Shown: one piece after another, positions 20,381 through 28,718 of the stretch
How positions within the stretch are numbered: position 1 is the stretch's first letter
How the letters are laid out: each line of letters opens with the position of its first letter
IMG/VR virus record: IMGVR_UViG_3300045257_000227
Coordinates: 1 to 54,219 of that record
Reading direction: 5' to 3' (one strand)
Origin: a virus
Lineage: Duplodnaviria; Caudoviricetes
DNA length: 54,219 nucleotides
Notes under the pieces: model-generated
Seen by the model: only the letters and a program-made list of their open reading frames with translations
What the model was told of the DNA's origin: nothing
Databases searched by the model: none
Program-made: the position numbers and the translations under genes

Positions 20381-20520
20381 AAATCCCGGTTCACCTGGCG
20401 ATGAATGGTGGACGGCGCAAAGACCCCCAGAAGAAGGGTGAACACGCCGTCGGGCATCGCCAGATGAACGGGAATTTCGTTTTTGTCTCGGTTCATAATG
20501 AGCTCCACCACGGAGCCGAT
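20381..20520 (-). ncRNA. Structured leader RNA element A (hairpin plus long rod), containing a 42-codon leader ORF (20368-20496)
   Basis: Hairpin at 20502-20516; rod at 20381-20477 whose mismatches become G-U only on the minus strand; 7-nt loop-loop complementarity. Confidence 0.6.
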
Positions 20521-20525
20521 GAGGG

Positions 20526-20564
20526 ACTATAGGCTTGACCACACTCATCGTGCAAGTGCAATCT
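20526..20564. promoter_or_regulatory. Overlapping divergent promoters
   Basis: Minus strand: TTGCAC-N18-TATAGT (20555 to 20526). Plus strand: TTGACC-N18-CAATCT (20535-20564). Confidence 0.6.
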
Positions 20565-20581
20565 GCACCAGTCCTGATTTT

Positions 20582-20773
20582 ATGACCCACCCCACCCAAG
20601 TCACCGTCAACGGCCAGGAGTTCCTCCAATGGTGCGAGCGCGCCAAGACCGGAGAAGTCCACATCCCGACCGTCGTTGTCACCGACAATGGACGCTACCG
20701 CCTCACCCTCCAATGGCGCAAGACCCCGCCGCAAATTCAGAAAGACTTGTTCGCCATTGACACGCAATCGTAA
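20582..20773 (+). CDS. Small hypothetical protein (63 aa)
   Basis: ATG just downstream of the plus-strand promoter. Confidence 0.55.
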   Translation: MTHPTQVTVNGQEFLQWCERAKTGEVHIPTVVVTDNGRYRLTLQWRKTPPQIQKDLFAIDTQS

Positions 20774-20786
20774 CGTGTGGCAGTAT
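20757..20786 (+). promoter_or_regulatory. Promoter for the helicase operon
   Basis: TTGACA-N18-CAGTAT with TGG upstream of the -10. Confidence 0.55.
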
Positions 20787-20792
20787 CGGTCA

Positions 20793-20940
20793 TCAAGTCG
20801 CTGTGAGAGGTGACATAAATCGCAAGTATGTAAACAACGAAATTTCAAGGCTGATGCTTTGCCGACCTTTCCAACCGATGCCTCCGCGTGTCGTCTTGCG
20901 TCTCTCACCGGCGAAGCGTCAGCCTTGAGGATTTGATTGT
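20793..20940 (+). ncRNA. Structured leader RNA element B (hairpin plus 20-bp stem)
   Basis: Hairpin at 20797-20814; stem 20845-20864/20909-20928 fully paired with two G-U; GTGAGAG/CTCTCAC complementarity. Confidence 0.65.
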
Positions 20941-20944
20941 TTTT

Positions 20945-21112
20945 ATGACCGCAGACGAAGCCACAACACATGTCGAACAGGTGAATGCCGCGCGCAGGGA
21001 GTTTATCAGATTTTTTACCCGTGATGATCTTCTCAAGTGGCCTTTGGAACTTCGTATCAAAGCTGAAAACTTGGCTTGGCGCATGTTTCTGGCCGGAAAG
21101 GGGCTCGTTTGA
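20945..21112 (+). CDS. Small hypothetical protein (55 aa)
   Basis: Stop overlaps the TTG start of the helicase (TTGA). Confidence 0.65.
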   Translation: MTADEATTHVEQVNAARREFIRFFTRDDLLKWPLELRIKAENLAWRMFLAGKGLV

Positions 21113-22581
21113 ATTCCAGAAAAACCACCCCCGACCGGCTACCGCCACACCACGACGAGGCGGAGCAGGCCGTCATCGGCTGTCTGATCGAAGACCCGAA
21201 AAACGTCATGCCGGCCATTTACCGACGGCAACCGGATTGTTTTTACGAGCAACGCTGTCGTCTGGTGTTCAACGCCGCCTGCACCCTGTACTCTGAGGAC
21301 ACCCCCATTGATTTCATCACCCTGATGAAACTTCTTAAGGACACCCACCCGGAAGTTGAGGTCGAGTGGCACGATTTTTTCATGGCCTGCCTTAACTTCG
21401 TCCGCTCCACCGCAAATCTGAGCACCTATCTCGAAATCCTCGACGAGAAGTTTGAGCAACGCCGGATCATCCAAGCCTGCACCGAAACAGTCGCCAGTTT
21501 TTTTGAGAACGGCGTCCCTCACGACACCCTGAAATACAACGCCCAGTCCGAACTCGCCGCCGCCTTTGGCGCCGCCAGTTCCAAAGACCTGCCCGAAATC
21601 ACCGATGCCGTTGACTTCGAAGCCAAAGATCTGCCCGAACCGGCCATCCTCATCGAAGGTATGCTCCATAAAGGTTCGAAACTCGTGTTCGGAGGCTCTT
21701 CGAAGTCCTTCAAAACTTGGTGCCTCTTCGACCTCGCCATGTCCATTAGCACCGGCACCGACTGGCTCGGCCGTCATACCACCATCGGAAAGGTCCTGTA
21801 CGTCAATTTTGAAATCGAGGAGTTCGCCTGGCAGGTCCGCCTCCGAAAGGTCGCCCAAGCCAAACAACAAGCTCCCGCCCTTGGTATGCTCCACCTCTGG
21901 AACCTCCGCGGCCATGCCGCCGATTTCCGCTCCCTTATTCCCAAGATCATCGCGCGCGCCAAAAATGAAGGCTATTCCCTGATCATCCTCGACCCCCTCT
22001 ACAAGCTCTACGGCAACACCGACGAAAACTCCGCCGGTGACATCGGCCTCCTCCTCAACGAAATCGAGCGCCTAGCCAAGACCGCCAACGCCGCTGTCGC
22101 TTTCGGCGCCCACTTCGCCAAAGGCAACGCCTCATCCAAAGACGCCATCGACCGCATCTCCGGCTCCGGCGTCTTCGCCCGCGACCCCGATTCCATCCTC
22201 ATTTTCACCCAACACGAGGAACCCGACTGTTTCGCCCTCCAACCCATCCTCAGAAACTTCCCGCCCATCTCCCCCTTCGTCGTCCGTTGGAACTTCCCTC
22301 TCATGGTCCCTACCACCGACCTCGACCCCGATAAACTCAAACAAGCCCGTGGCAAAAAAAAGGAACATGACCCCAAATCCCTCCTCGCATTAATCGTTGA
22401 TAACGACATAGATAACCCAATTTCTATCACCGATTGGGCGCTTGGCGGATTTGTTCCCAGAAAAACACTCCAAGGTTACTTGGCGGATATGCACCGAAAA
22501 GGCTTCATCAAAACCCTCGGCGAAGGCACTACCTCAAGAAAGTACATCACCAACGAAGGCAAGGCTTTCGTCAATTCTTAA
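21109..22581 (+). CDS. Replication helicase: DnaB N-terminal domain + AAA_25/RepA-like ATPase + C-terminal wHTH
   Basis: RLPPHHDEAEQAVIGCLI (DnaB_N), GGSSKSFKT Walker A, VLYVNFE, LIILDPLY Walker B, HFAKG, SGSGVFARDPD. Confidence 0.88.
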   Translation: MNSRKTTPDRLPPHHDEAEQAVIGCLIEDPKNVMPAIYRRQPDCFYEQRCRLVFNAACTLYSEDTPIDFITLMKLLKDTHPEVEVEWHDFFMACLNFVRSTANLSTYLEILDEKFEQRRIIQACTETVASFFENGVPHDTLKYNAQSELAAAFGAASSKDLPEITDAVDFEAKDLPEPAILIEGMLHKGSKLVFGGSSKSFKTWCLFDLAMSISTGTDWLGRHTTIGKVLYVNFEIEEFAWQVRLRKVAQAKQQAPALGMLHLWNLRGHAADFRSLIPKIIARAKNEGYSLIILDPLYKLYGNTDENSAGDIGLLLNEIERLAKTANAAVAFGAHFAKGNASSKDAIDRISGSGVFARDPDSILIFTQHEEPDCFALQPILRNFPPISPFVVRWNFPLMVPTTDLDPDKLKQARGKKKEHDPKSLLALIVDNDIDNPISITDWALGGFVPRKTLQGYLADMHRKGFIKTLGEGTTSRKYITNEGKAFVNS

Positions 22582-22720
22582 TCCATTGGCGGATTTGCTA
22601 TTCCGCCAAGCCGGTTTAATTCCGCCAAGGCGCTCCGCCGCGGCTTGGCGGATATCCTTTAGGTATCCGCCAACCGCCAAGCGCCCCTCATCCGCCTAAA
22701 AAATCAAATCCGCCAAGCAG
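22441..22720. repeat. Cluster of about ten TCCGCCAA/TTGGCGGA motifs in both orientations; candidate replication origin iterons
   Basis: Copies near 22442, 22480, 22587, 22602, 22622, 22645, 22666, 22674, 22691 (variant) and 22709. Confidence 0.7.
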
Positions 22721-22959
22721 TAAAATCTCACCGATCAAACAACCAAAAATCAGCCTCGTTTGAAAACCTCCTTTGCGCTATCCGTCGGAGTCCCGGCCGG
22801 TTTTGGCCCCGGCACCCGACCCCGTGGAGACGGTCCAGCCCGGAAAAGGATGCTTACCGAGGGTCAAAACTCCACCGCGCGCCCCTCCTGGCCTTCGCTG
22901 GCTGCGTCTGAACTCCTACGTCCGCACCCTCGTACCGTCTGAACCCATCAAAACGCCTA

Positions 22960-23120
22960 TAATGCAATCGTAGCGATTGTGTAGCCTGTGCTACATTTGG
23001 GTTTCCAATTGAAGAATAACTGTGTCAAGAAATTGGGACACAACTCTGTATCAACGACTTACGCATTGAATATAATTGACATTGTGTGTCATCAATTCAG
23101 AAGTGCTTGAAACAAAGTGT
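22960..23120. promoter_or_regulatory. AT-rich dyad-rich region with IHF-consensus site; candidate packaging site or genome end
   Basis: TATCAACGACTTA (23049-23061) matches WATCAANNNNTTR; several inverted repeats nearby. Confidence 0.45.
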
Positions 23121-23121
23121 G

Positions 23122-23523
23122 TTACGCTGTCGGCGTCGGCGGGTTTTGAGGAACTGGGGCCGAAACCGGCGTCGGTTCGGGCAAGGTCGGAGCCTCAGGC
23201 CGGCGAGATCGGCCAGGGCGAAGGGAACCGGCGGTCGGCTGTGCAAGCGGCCATAGCTTTGCCTTAATCGTGGACAACTCCTTGGCGAGAGCGAAATCTT
23301 TGGCATCAATGGCTGCGTCAAGCTGCTCATCGAGTCGAGCGACTTGGCTCTTGGTACGCGCGACAGCAGCGAGGTCTGCGGGAGTCGCAATTGGTTGCAA
23401 GGCTGGCAGTCGAGCGAGGATAGCGTCCTGTTTTTGTTGTCGGTAGCGATCCCAACGGACCTTGTTTCCTCTCGCGCCGAGTTCGCGTGCGTTCTCGCGT
23501 GTGATAGGCGGGGCGTGCGTCAT
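23122..23523 (-). CDS. Putative terminase small subunit
   Basis: N-terminal 'ITRENARELGARGNKVRW' motif, helical core and Pro-rich tail resemble TerS proteins; sits next to the candidate pac/cos region. Confidence 0.5.
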   Translation of the reverse strand: MTHAPPITRENARELGARGNKVRWDRYRQQKQDAILARLPALQPIATPADLAAVARTKSQVARLDEQLDAAIDAKDFALAKELSTIKAKLWPLAQPTAGSLRPGRSRRPEAPTLPEPTPVSAPVPQNPPTPTA

Positions 23524-23687
23524 CGCGTGGAACTTGCGGGAGGAGCGCGGGAAAGTCAAGGGATTGAGCATAACAAATTGGTATGGTCGGGGGTGAAGAT
23601 TGTTGTTGCGTTGCGTGCAACCTGTGGTAATCTGTAATCAAGGTTGCTCGTGGTGGGCGGCCAAAACAGCCAACTAAACTAATAACT

Positions 23688-23942
23688 ATGGCAAAAGAAA
23701 ATCGCAAAAACCTCCGTGAAAAAATCGTGGCCGCGCTCGATGAAATGACCAGCGAAGCGAGCAACCGCGAGTCTATTGTGACCATCCGCGGGCATGGAGA
23801 TTGCTCGCCGCCTCCTGTATGCTGGCGGCAGCCAATGGACTGGATGTGGCCGGGTCCAAACCCAACAGCGGCAGAAATTGAACACGCCGTGAGCGAAGGG
23901 CCGTTGAGATTGAATCCTCGCGTGATGGACTCGCCGCGTTGA
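23688..23942 (+). CDS. Hypothetical protein
   Basis: 84-aa ORF downstream of a TTGCGT-N16-TAATCT promoter-like sequence. Confidence 0.6.
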   Translation: MAKENRKNLREKIVAALDEMTSEASNRESIVTIRGHGDCSPPPVCWRQPMDWMWPGPNPTAAEIEHAVSEGPLRLNPRVMDSPR

Positions 23943-23985
23943 ATTATTAGTTGACTCCCGCGCAACCAAGTTGATAACCAGCAAC

Positions 23986-24192
23986 ATGAGTGAAGCCTTA
24001 GAACGGGTAGGACGCAAAATCGCCTTTGAACGCGTCACGCGAAATGTGAGCCAAGACGAGTTAGCCTTGCGAATAGGTTGCAATAAAAGCACCGTCTCCC
24101 GAATCGAAAGCGCCAAGCAAAGCCTGAGCGTCGAAGTCCTGTTGCAGATCGGGGAAGCGTTGGGAGTGCAGCCGCATCAATTTCTACTATGA
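23986..24192 (+). CDS. XRE-family helix-turn-helix regulator
   Basis: SQDELALRIGCNKSTVSRIESAK...LLQIGEALGV. Confidence 0.9.
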   Translation: MSEALERVGRKIAFERVTRNVSQDELALRIGCNKSTVSRIESAKQSLSVEVLLQIGEALGVQPHQFLL

Positions 24193-24590
24193 AAATACAA
24201 ATCAAAAGTTGGCTGAATGAGGCCGTGCTGTTTGAGCATGACGCCGAGTCTAATACTATCAAGTTAACAGTTGAGGCTGCGGTTGGCGCGAGTATTAGAC
24301 TCGACGGTGCCAGCCTCGACCGTGCCAGCCTCGTCGGTGCCAGACTCGACGACGGTTCAAAAATCAAAGGCGTCAGGCCAATCATACAACTCGGAGGATT
24401 GGGGTCTGCCATGCGCTTTCTGGTTGGGTACATGACTGACGGCGGCATAAAAATCCGAACCGGCTGTTTCTTCGGCACGTTGGCGCAGTTCAAGGCCAAG
24501 GTGGAAGTGACTCACAAAAACAGCGAGTGCGCCAAAGAGTATTTGGCCGCTACGGTGTTCATTGAGGAGCATTACAAGATTTGGAAATGA
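24189..24590 (+). CDS. Pentapeptide-repeat protein
   Basis: LDGASLDRASLVGARLD repeats, followed by the IRTGCFFGTLAQF C-terminal domain. Confidence 0.8.
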   Translation: MKIQIKSWLNEAVLFEHDAESNTIKLTVEAAVGASIRLDGASLDRASLVGARLDDGSKIKGVRPIIQLGGLGSAMRFLVGYMTDGGIKIRTGCFFGTLAQFKAKVEVTHKNSECAKEYLAATVFIEEHYKIWK

Positions 24591-24595
24591 AACTT

Positions 24596-24673
24596 TCCGC
24601 CGACCGCAGCAAGGGGTTTGAGTCCCCGCAAAGGCACGCCGTGTGGCAACGGCTCGCAACCTGGGGCGGCGGA
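24596..24673 (+). ncRNA. Candidate intergenic multi-stem RNA
   Basis: Closing stem TCCGCCG/CGGCGGA encloses GGGG-TTTGAGT-CCCC and GCCGT-GTGGCA-ACGGC hairpins. Confidence 0.4.
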
Positions 24674-24698
24674 TTAAACTGACCGACAACAAAAACGC

Positions 24699-24962
24699 AT
24701 GAGCAACTTCCAACCCGGACAAAGAGTCCACTACAAACCCTCGTTTGGGGAACCAGAAAACGGCATTGTCAAACTCGTTCACCCGCACAATCCACGAACT
24801 GTGTTCGTCGTCTACAAATGCGGCGGCAACTGGGACAGCTACCAGAATTACACCGCTGCCTCAACCAACGTGGCCGATTTGCGAGATGGTTGGGTATTGC
24901 CCAACATCAAGCCGCTACCGCCTGTGATGTCCGCCGAAGAATTGACGGAGAAATTATCATGA
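24699..24962 (+). CDS. Small SH3/Tudor-like protein, paralog 1
   Basis: FQPGQRVHY...GEPENGIVK...VFVVYKC...DLRDGW. Confidence 0.8.
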   Translation: MSNFQPGQRVHYKPSFGEPENGIVKLVHPHNPRTVFVVYKCGGNWDSYQNYTAASTNVADLRDGWVLPNIKPLPPVMSAEELTEKLS

Positions 24963-25801
24963 ACAAACTCGAAGTCGTCCAACCCGGCGCCGGAGCCGTC
25001 GAAAAACCACGAGTCGCCAATGGCGCTTCTGGCCTGCTGGAAGTCATCGCGCGCGCGGCATCTGATCCCAACACTGACGTTGCCAAAATGGAGCGGCTAT
25101 ACGCCATGCTGCAACAGGAAAATGCCCGCATCGGCGAACAGCGTTACAACGAGGCGATGGCCGCGGCTCAAGCCGCGATGCCGAACATTGAAAAGCTGGC
25201 GCACAACAACCAGACCAATTCGATGTACGCCAAGCTGGAAATGCTGCAACCGCTGGTGAAACCGATTCTGGAAAAATATCGCTTCTCGCTTTCGTTCAGC
25301 CAAGAGAAGTCCGACGTACCGGACCTGATTCGCGTTGTATGCGAAGTGCGCCACTCGACCACCGACGGGTTTTGCCATGTCGAAAAGCGTTGGATTGACT
25401 TGGCGCGTGATGACGTGGGCGCGAAGGGCAACGCGAGCAAGACCAAGTTGCACGGGCAGGCGTCCACGTTCACCTACGGCCAGCGGTATCTGATTGGAAT
25501 GGTGTTCAACCTGACCATTGGCGGGGATACAGACGGCAACCGCGGTGCGGCGAAAAAGCCGGTCGTGGACGCATCGCAGCCGGTTGATCCCAACGTCGAG
25601 GTTCGTAAATGCGCCACGGAACTTTGGACTTTACTCAAAACCCGTAAAGTCATCACCGGCGCCGAAAAGAACTGGCAGGCCGCGAACGCATGGCTCTGGC
25701 GCACGGAAATTCTCGATGCCGCGGCGGACGAGGCCGCGCCGAACCTGACGCCGGAGAAATTCAAAGCCGTCATCGAGGCGGTGAAAGGGAAGCCGGTATG
25801 A
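24959..25801 (+). CDS. erf: ERF-family single-strand annealing protein
   Basis: AMAAAQAAMPNIEK...YAKLE...GQASTFTYGQRY...DTDG motifs. Confidence 0.85.
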   Translation: MNKLEVVQPGAGAVEKPRVANGASGLLEVIARAASDPNTDVAKMERLYAMLQQENARIGEQRYNEAMAAAQAAMPNIEKLAHNNQTNSMYAKLEMLQPLVKPILEKYRFSLSFSQEKSDVPDLIRVVCEVRHSTTDGFCHVEKRWIDLARDDVGAKGNASKTKLHGQASTFTYGQRYLIGMVFNLTIGGDTDGNRGAAKKPVVDASQPVDPNVEVRKCATELWTLLKTRKVITGAEKNWQAANAWLWRTEILDAAADEAAPNLTPEKFKAVIEAVKGKPV

Positions 25802-26019
25802 CATTCACTCCCGGTCAAAAGGTTCACTACATTCCAGCCGTGGGCGAGCCAGAAAACGGCATTGTGAAAATAGTCCACCCACACAATCCTAAAACGGTTT
25901 TTGTAGTGTATAAATGCAACAAGGACCAGTCGAATTACAAGAACTATACCGCTGCCGCAACTAGCTCAATTGACTTGCGCGACGGCTGGATTGACTACGT
26001 TACAAAGGAGTCAGAATGA
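25798..26019 (+). CDS. Small SH3/Tudor-like protein, paralog 2
   Basis: Clear similarity to 24699-24962; ATGA overlaps on both sides. Confidence 0.8.
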   Translation: MTFTPGQKVHYIPAVGEPENGIVKIVHPHNPKTVFVVYKCNKDQSNYKNYTAAATSSIDLRDGWIDYVTKESE

Positions 26020-26993
26020 GCTTCACCCAAGCCAAAATCGTCGGCGCCGTCGTCAACCCGACCGAGTACCACGACATTGACCAGAAACCCGGACAGGTCG
26101 ACTACCCAGTTTCGAGTTCAATGCTCAAAATCTTCAACCGCTGCGCCGCCCGCTGGCACGCCGGATACAAGTCACCCGAATCGAAGTCCACCAAGTTTGG
26201 CACGTTGCTCGACTGCCTTGCGCTGACGCCGGACGCCTTTAAAGCGCGGTTCGCCGTGCGCCCGGACACCTACAAGGACAAGGACGGCGACGAAAAGGCG
26301 TGGCATCATGCCAGCAACACCTGTAAAAAGTGGATGGAGGATCATCAAGATTTGGAGATTGCCACTTCCACCGAGTATAACGAGGCGTTGACCGCCGCCC
26401 GAGCCCTGCAAGCCGACCAGCGCATCAGCGCCATGCTCGCCGACTCCGACAAGCAGGTTTGGCTCTCCGGCTTATGGCAGGACGAGGCTACTGGCCTGCT
26501 CATACCCGTGCGGGCCCTCCTCGACTTTGTTCCGCGTCCCGATACCGCCTTCTACAAGAACCTGGGGGACATGAAAACCGCCCGTAACGGTTCCCCTGGC
26601 GCTTGGGCCCGCGCTGTGTTCGACATGGGCTACCACGTTCAAGCCGCGTTCAATCTCGACCTGTACCGCGCCGCGCGGCCGCAGGAGGACAGGGTTAATT
26701 TCTGCCACATCGTCCTGGAGAACTATCCGCCGTTCCAAGTTGGCCGGCGCATCTTGTCCGAGGCGTTCTTGGAGATCGGACGGGCGACGTACCAGCGGGC
26801 GCTGGCAAACTACGCTTACTGCCTGAAAAACAATCACTGGCCTGACTACGACGAGGGGGCAGACAGCGTGCAAGGCTGGTCAATCACCGAGCCGCAACAT
26901 TGGATGGAGACGGACGCGATGTTTGCGCCGACATTTGGCGTTGTCGAGAAGCCGGACGAACCAGCCGATGAAGATGGAGACGTGCCGCCATGA
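26016..26993 (+). CDS. PD-(D/E)XK exonuclease, RecE/DUF3799-like
   Basis: YH...VSSSMLK, FGTLLDCLAL, RALLDF...GDMKT, YHVQAAF; paired with ERF. Confidence 0.85.
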   Translation: MSFTQAKIVGAVVNPTEYHDIDQKPGQVDYPVSSSMLKIFNRCAARWHAGYKSPESKSTKFGTLLDCLALTPDAFKARFAVRPDTYKDKDGDEKAWHHASNTCKKWMEDHQDLEIATSTEYNEALTAARALQADQRISAMLADSDKQVWLSGLWQDEATGLLIPVRALLDFVPRPDTAFYKNLGDMKTARNGSPGAWARAVFDMGYHVQAAFNLDLYRAARPQEDRVNFCHIVLENYPPFQVGRRILSEAFLEIGRATYQRALANYAYCLKNNHWPDYDEGADSVQGWSITEPQHWMETDAMFAPTFGVVEKPDEPADEDGDVPP

Positions 26994-27418
26994 AAGACTA
27001 CCAGAAAGAAGCGGAGGCGGAACAAATACCGGGAGTATGTTACTGCCCTTTGTGTAATTTCATTCTTGTTAAGAATGTACTTTATACAAAAAGTGGAACC
27101 ATAGGCGTTGACAACACTCCGTTTGTGGAACGCTGTCCTAACGACGGCCAGATAATGAAACCACAAACTTATAAGAAAGCCTATGAAGAAATGGTTTCAA
27201 TGTGTGAGCAACAGGTCAAAAGAGCGGTTGAAGCTGAATTAAAACTTGAACAACTCCACCTCCCCGAACGCCTAGAGCTTGAGGATGCGGTGAGGAAGCT
27301 GTTCTTAAAAGGTGCTTTTAATCATGGAGACGATTGTAATTGCTATGGTTGCAAACTCAAATCAGCCCTCGCCAAACTCGACAAAGCGAAACTATCCTCA
27401 CCGCTGCCGAAAACATGA
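26990..27418 (+). CDS. Zn-binding hypothetical protein
   Basis: CPLC...CPND and HGDDCNCYGC. Confidence 0.7.
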   Translation: MKDYQKEAEAEQIPGVCYCPLCNFILVKNVLYTKSGTIGVDNTPFVERCPNDGQIMKPQTYKKAYEEMVSMCEQQVKRAVEAELKLEQLHLPERLELEDAVRKLFLKGAFNHGDDCNCYGCKLKSALAKLDKAKLSSPLPKT

Positions 27419-27434
27419 AGGAGAAAGATTTGGA

Positions 27435-27668
27435 ATGAGCTTCACCGCCGAAGATGCCCGCCTCATGCAGCAGCGTTGCGAATCCGCCCGCAACTGCAAG
27501 CGGGCCGACTTCATCGCCGACTGCGCGGGCGAACCCGCTCCCGACGGCGCAGAGTCCAAGCTTCACGACCAGATCGAAAAGTGGTGCAACGCCCAATGGC
27601 CGCGCTGGAAAGTCCTTTACGCCCGCCGCGACAAATCTCCCTTGGTGAAGGGGGCGATGCCGAAGTAA
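27435..27668 (+). pseudogene. Possibly truncated VRR-NUC-like nuclease (N-terminal half only)
   Basis: ESKLHDQIEKWC...W...ARRDK resembles the start of VRR-NUC proteins, but the ORF ends before the PD...ExK core. Confidence 0.4.
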
Positions 27669-27686
27669 GGCCGCGCCCATGACTTT

Positions 27687-27762
27687 GCCAGCGAACAAAC
27701 CGGCCCGTAAAGAACCCCGTTGCTATGACCGGGGCGGCAAGCGGTAGCCGGACTCGCTGGCG
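27687..27762 (+). ncRNA. Candidate rod-shaped leader RNA
   Basis: Nested stems GCCAGCGA/TCGCTGGC, CCGGC/GCCGG and CCCCG/CGGGG, ending 9 nt before ATG 27772. Confidence 0.4.
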
Positions 27763-27771
27763 TTTAATTTT

Positions 27772-28272
27772 ATGGAAACCATATTCAGCCCTTGCCGCAA
27801 ATATCGCTACACGCTTTGGCGGGACTGGCGTTGTGGTTTATTTGAGGGCGACGGCATCAGCCGCGACCGTGGTTATGTCCAGTTCATCGGCCTCAACCCA
27901 TCTACGGCTGACGAAACATTGGACGACCCAACCATCCGCCGTTGCATTGGATTTGCAAAAACGTGGGGCTACGGCGGATTATCCATGGCCAACTTGTTCG
28001 CCTTCCGAGCGACCGACCCCAAGGTGATGAAAGCTGAGATTGAACCCGTAGGAGCAGAAAATGACCGGCACATTGTAGAGATGGGCAAACAAGCTGCGTT
28101 GGTAGTCGCGGCTTGGGGGACGCATGGCACGCATCTTGGCCGCGCCGACCGGCTCCGAAGTCTCTTAAAAGAAGCGGGCATCAAACTCTACCACTTGGGC
28201 CTCACGCTCGAAGGCCACCCAAAACATCCGCTGTACCTCCGTGCGGACACCAAGCCGGTCGAGTGGGTTTAA
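27772..28272 (+). CDS. DUF1643-family protein
   Basis: FSPCRKYRYTLWR, FIGLNPSTAD...DDPTIRRC, NLFAFRATDP, VVAAWG, PKHPLY. Confidence 0.9.
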   Translation: METIFSPCRKYRYTLWRDWRCGLFEGDGISRDRGYVQFIGLNPSTADETLDDPTIRRCIGFAKTWGYGGLSMANLFAFRATDPKVMKAEIEPVGAENDRHIVEMGKQAALVVAAWGTHGTHLGRADRLRSLLKEAGIKLYHLGLTLEGHPKHPLYLRADTKPVEWV

Positions 28273-28718
28273 CTCCGGTCTGCCTTGAAAGAGGAAGCTC
28301 CACCCAGCTTCACTCCCTCGTAAATGACCCTTGCCGTTGTTTCGTCCACGCCCGATAGCTCCATCGCCTCCAATAGCAGTAAATCGCAGTCCTCCTTCGC
28401 CAAAGCCGCTAGGGGCATTTGGGCGACCTCTTGGTGGCTGAGTGCACCGGAGGCAGGCTGAAAGCCCGCTGGCTGCGCCCGCAGGGTATTCTGGTAGCAA
28501 CTGTCGTGAAGAATCGCGCTTTGCCAATATGCGCCGAACGGTGGATAGATTGAGGCGATGATTGCCGGGGTGCTGGCTCCGTCTGTGGATGCTCCACGCG
28601 GAACGATGTAAATTTGTCCAGATTTAGCGCAATAGATGATAGGGGTGAGAAGTTTCCAGTTTCGGCCATCCTGATCACAGATTGATTCGACGAATCGGCT
28701 TTGGAATCCGGGCATCAT
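28269..28718 (-). CDS. DUF1353-family protein
   Basis: VPRGASTDGASTP...AILHDSCY...CDLLLLEAM. Confidence 0.88.
   Translation of the reverse strand: MMPGFQSRFVESICDQDGRNWKLLTPIIYCAKSGQIYIVPRGASTDGASTPAIIASIYPPFGAYWQSAILHDSCYQNTLRAQPAGFQPASGALSHQEVAQMPLAALAKEDCDLLLLEAMELSGVDETTARVIYEGVKLGGASSFKADRS

Noticed and set aside
20378-21148. 256-aa minus-strand ORF
   Set aside because: It crosses promoters, RNA structures and better-supported plus-strand genes, and has no recognisable motif.
22441-22720. CRISPR array
   Set aside because: Repeats are 8-11 bp, mixed in orientation and irregularly spaced; no cas genes are present.
23600-24200. Classical lysogeny module
   Set aside because: An XRE gene is present, but no integrase, ParA or att site was recognised, so lifestyle cannot be determined.
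24613-24627. tRNA gene
   Set aside because: The T-arm-like hairpin lacks a correctly placed D-arm, anticodon arm and acceptor stem.
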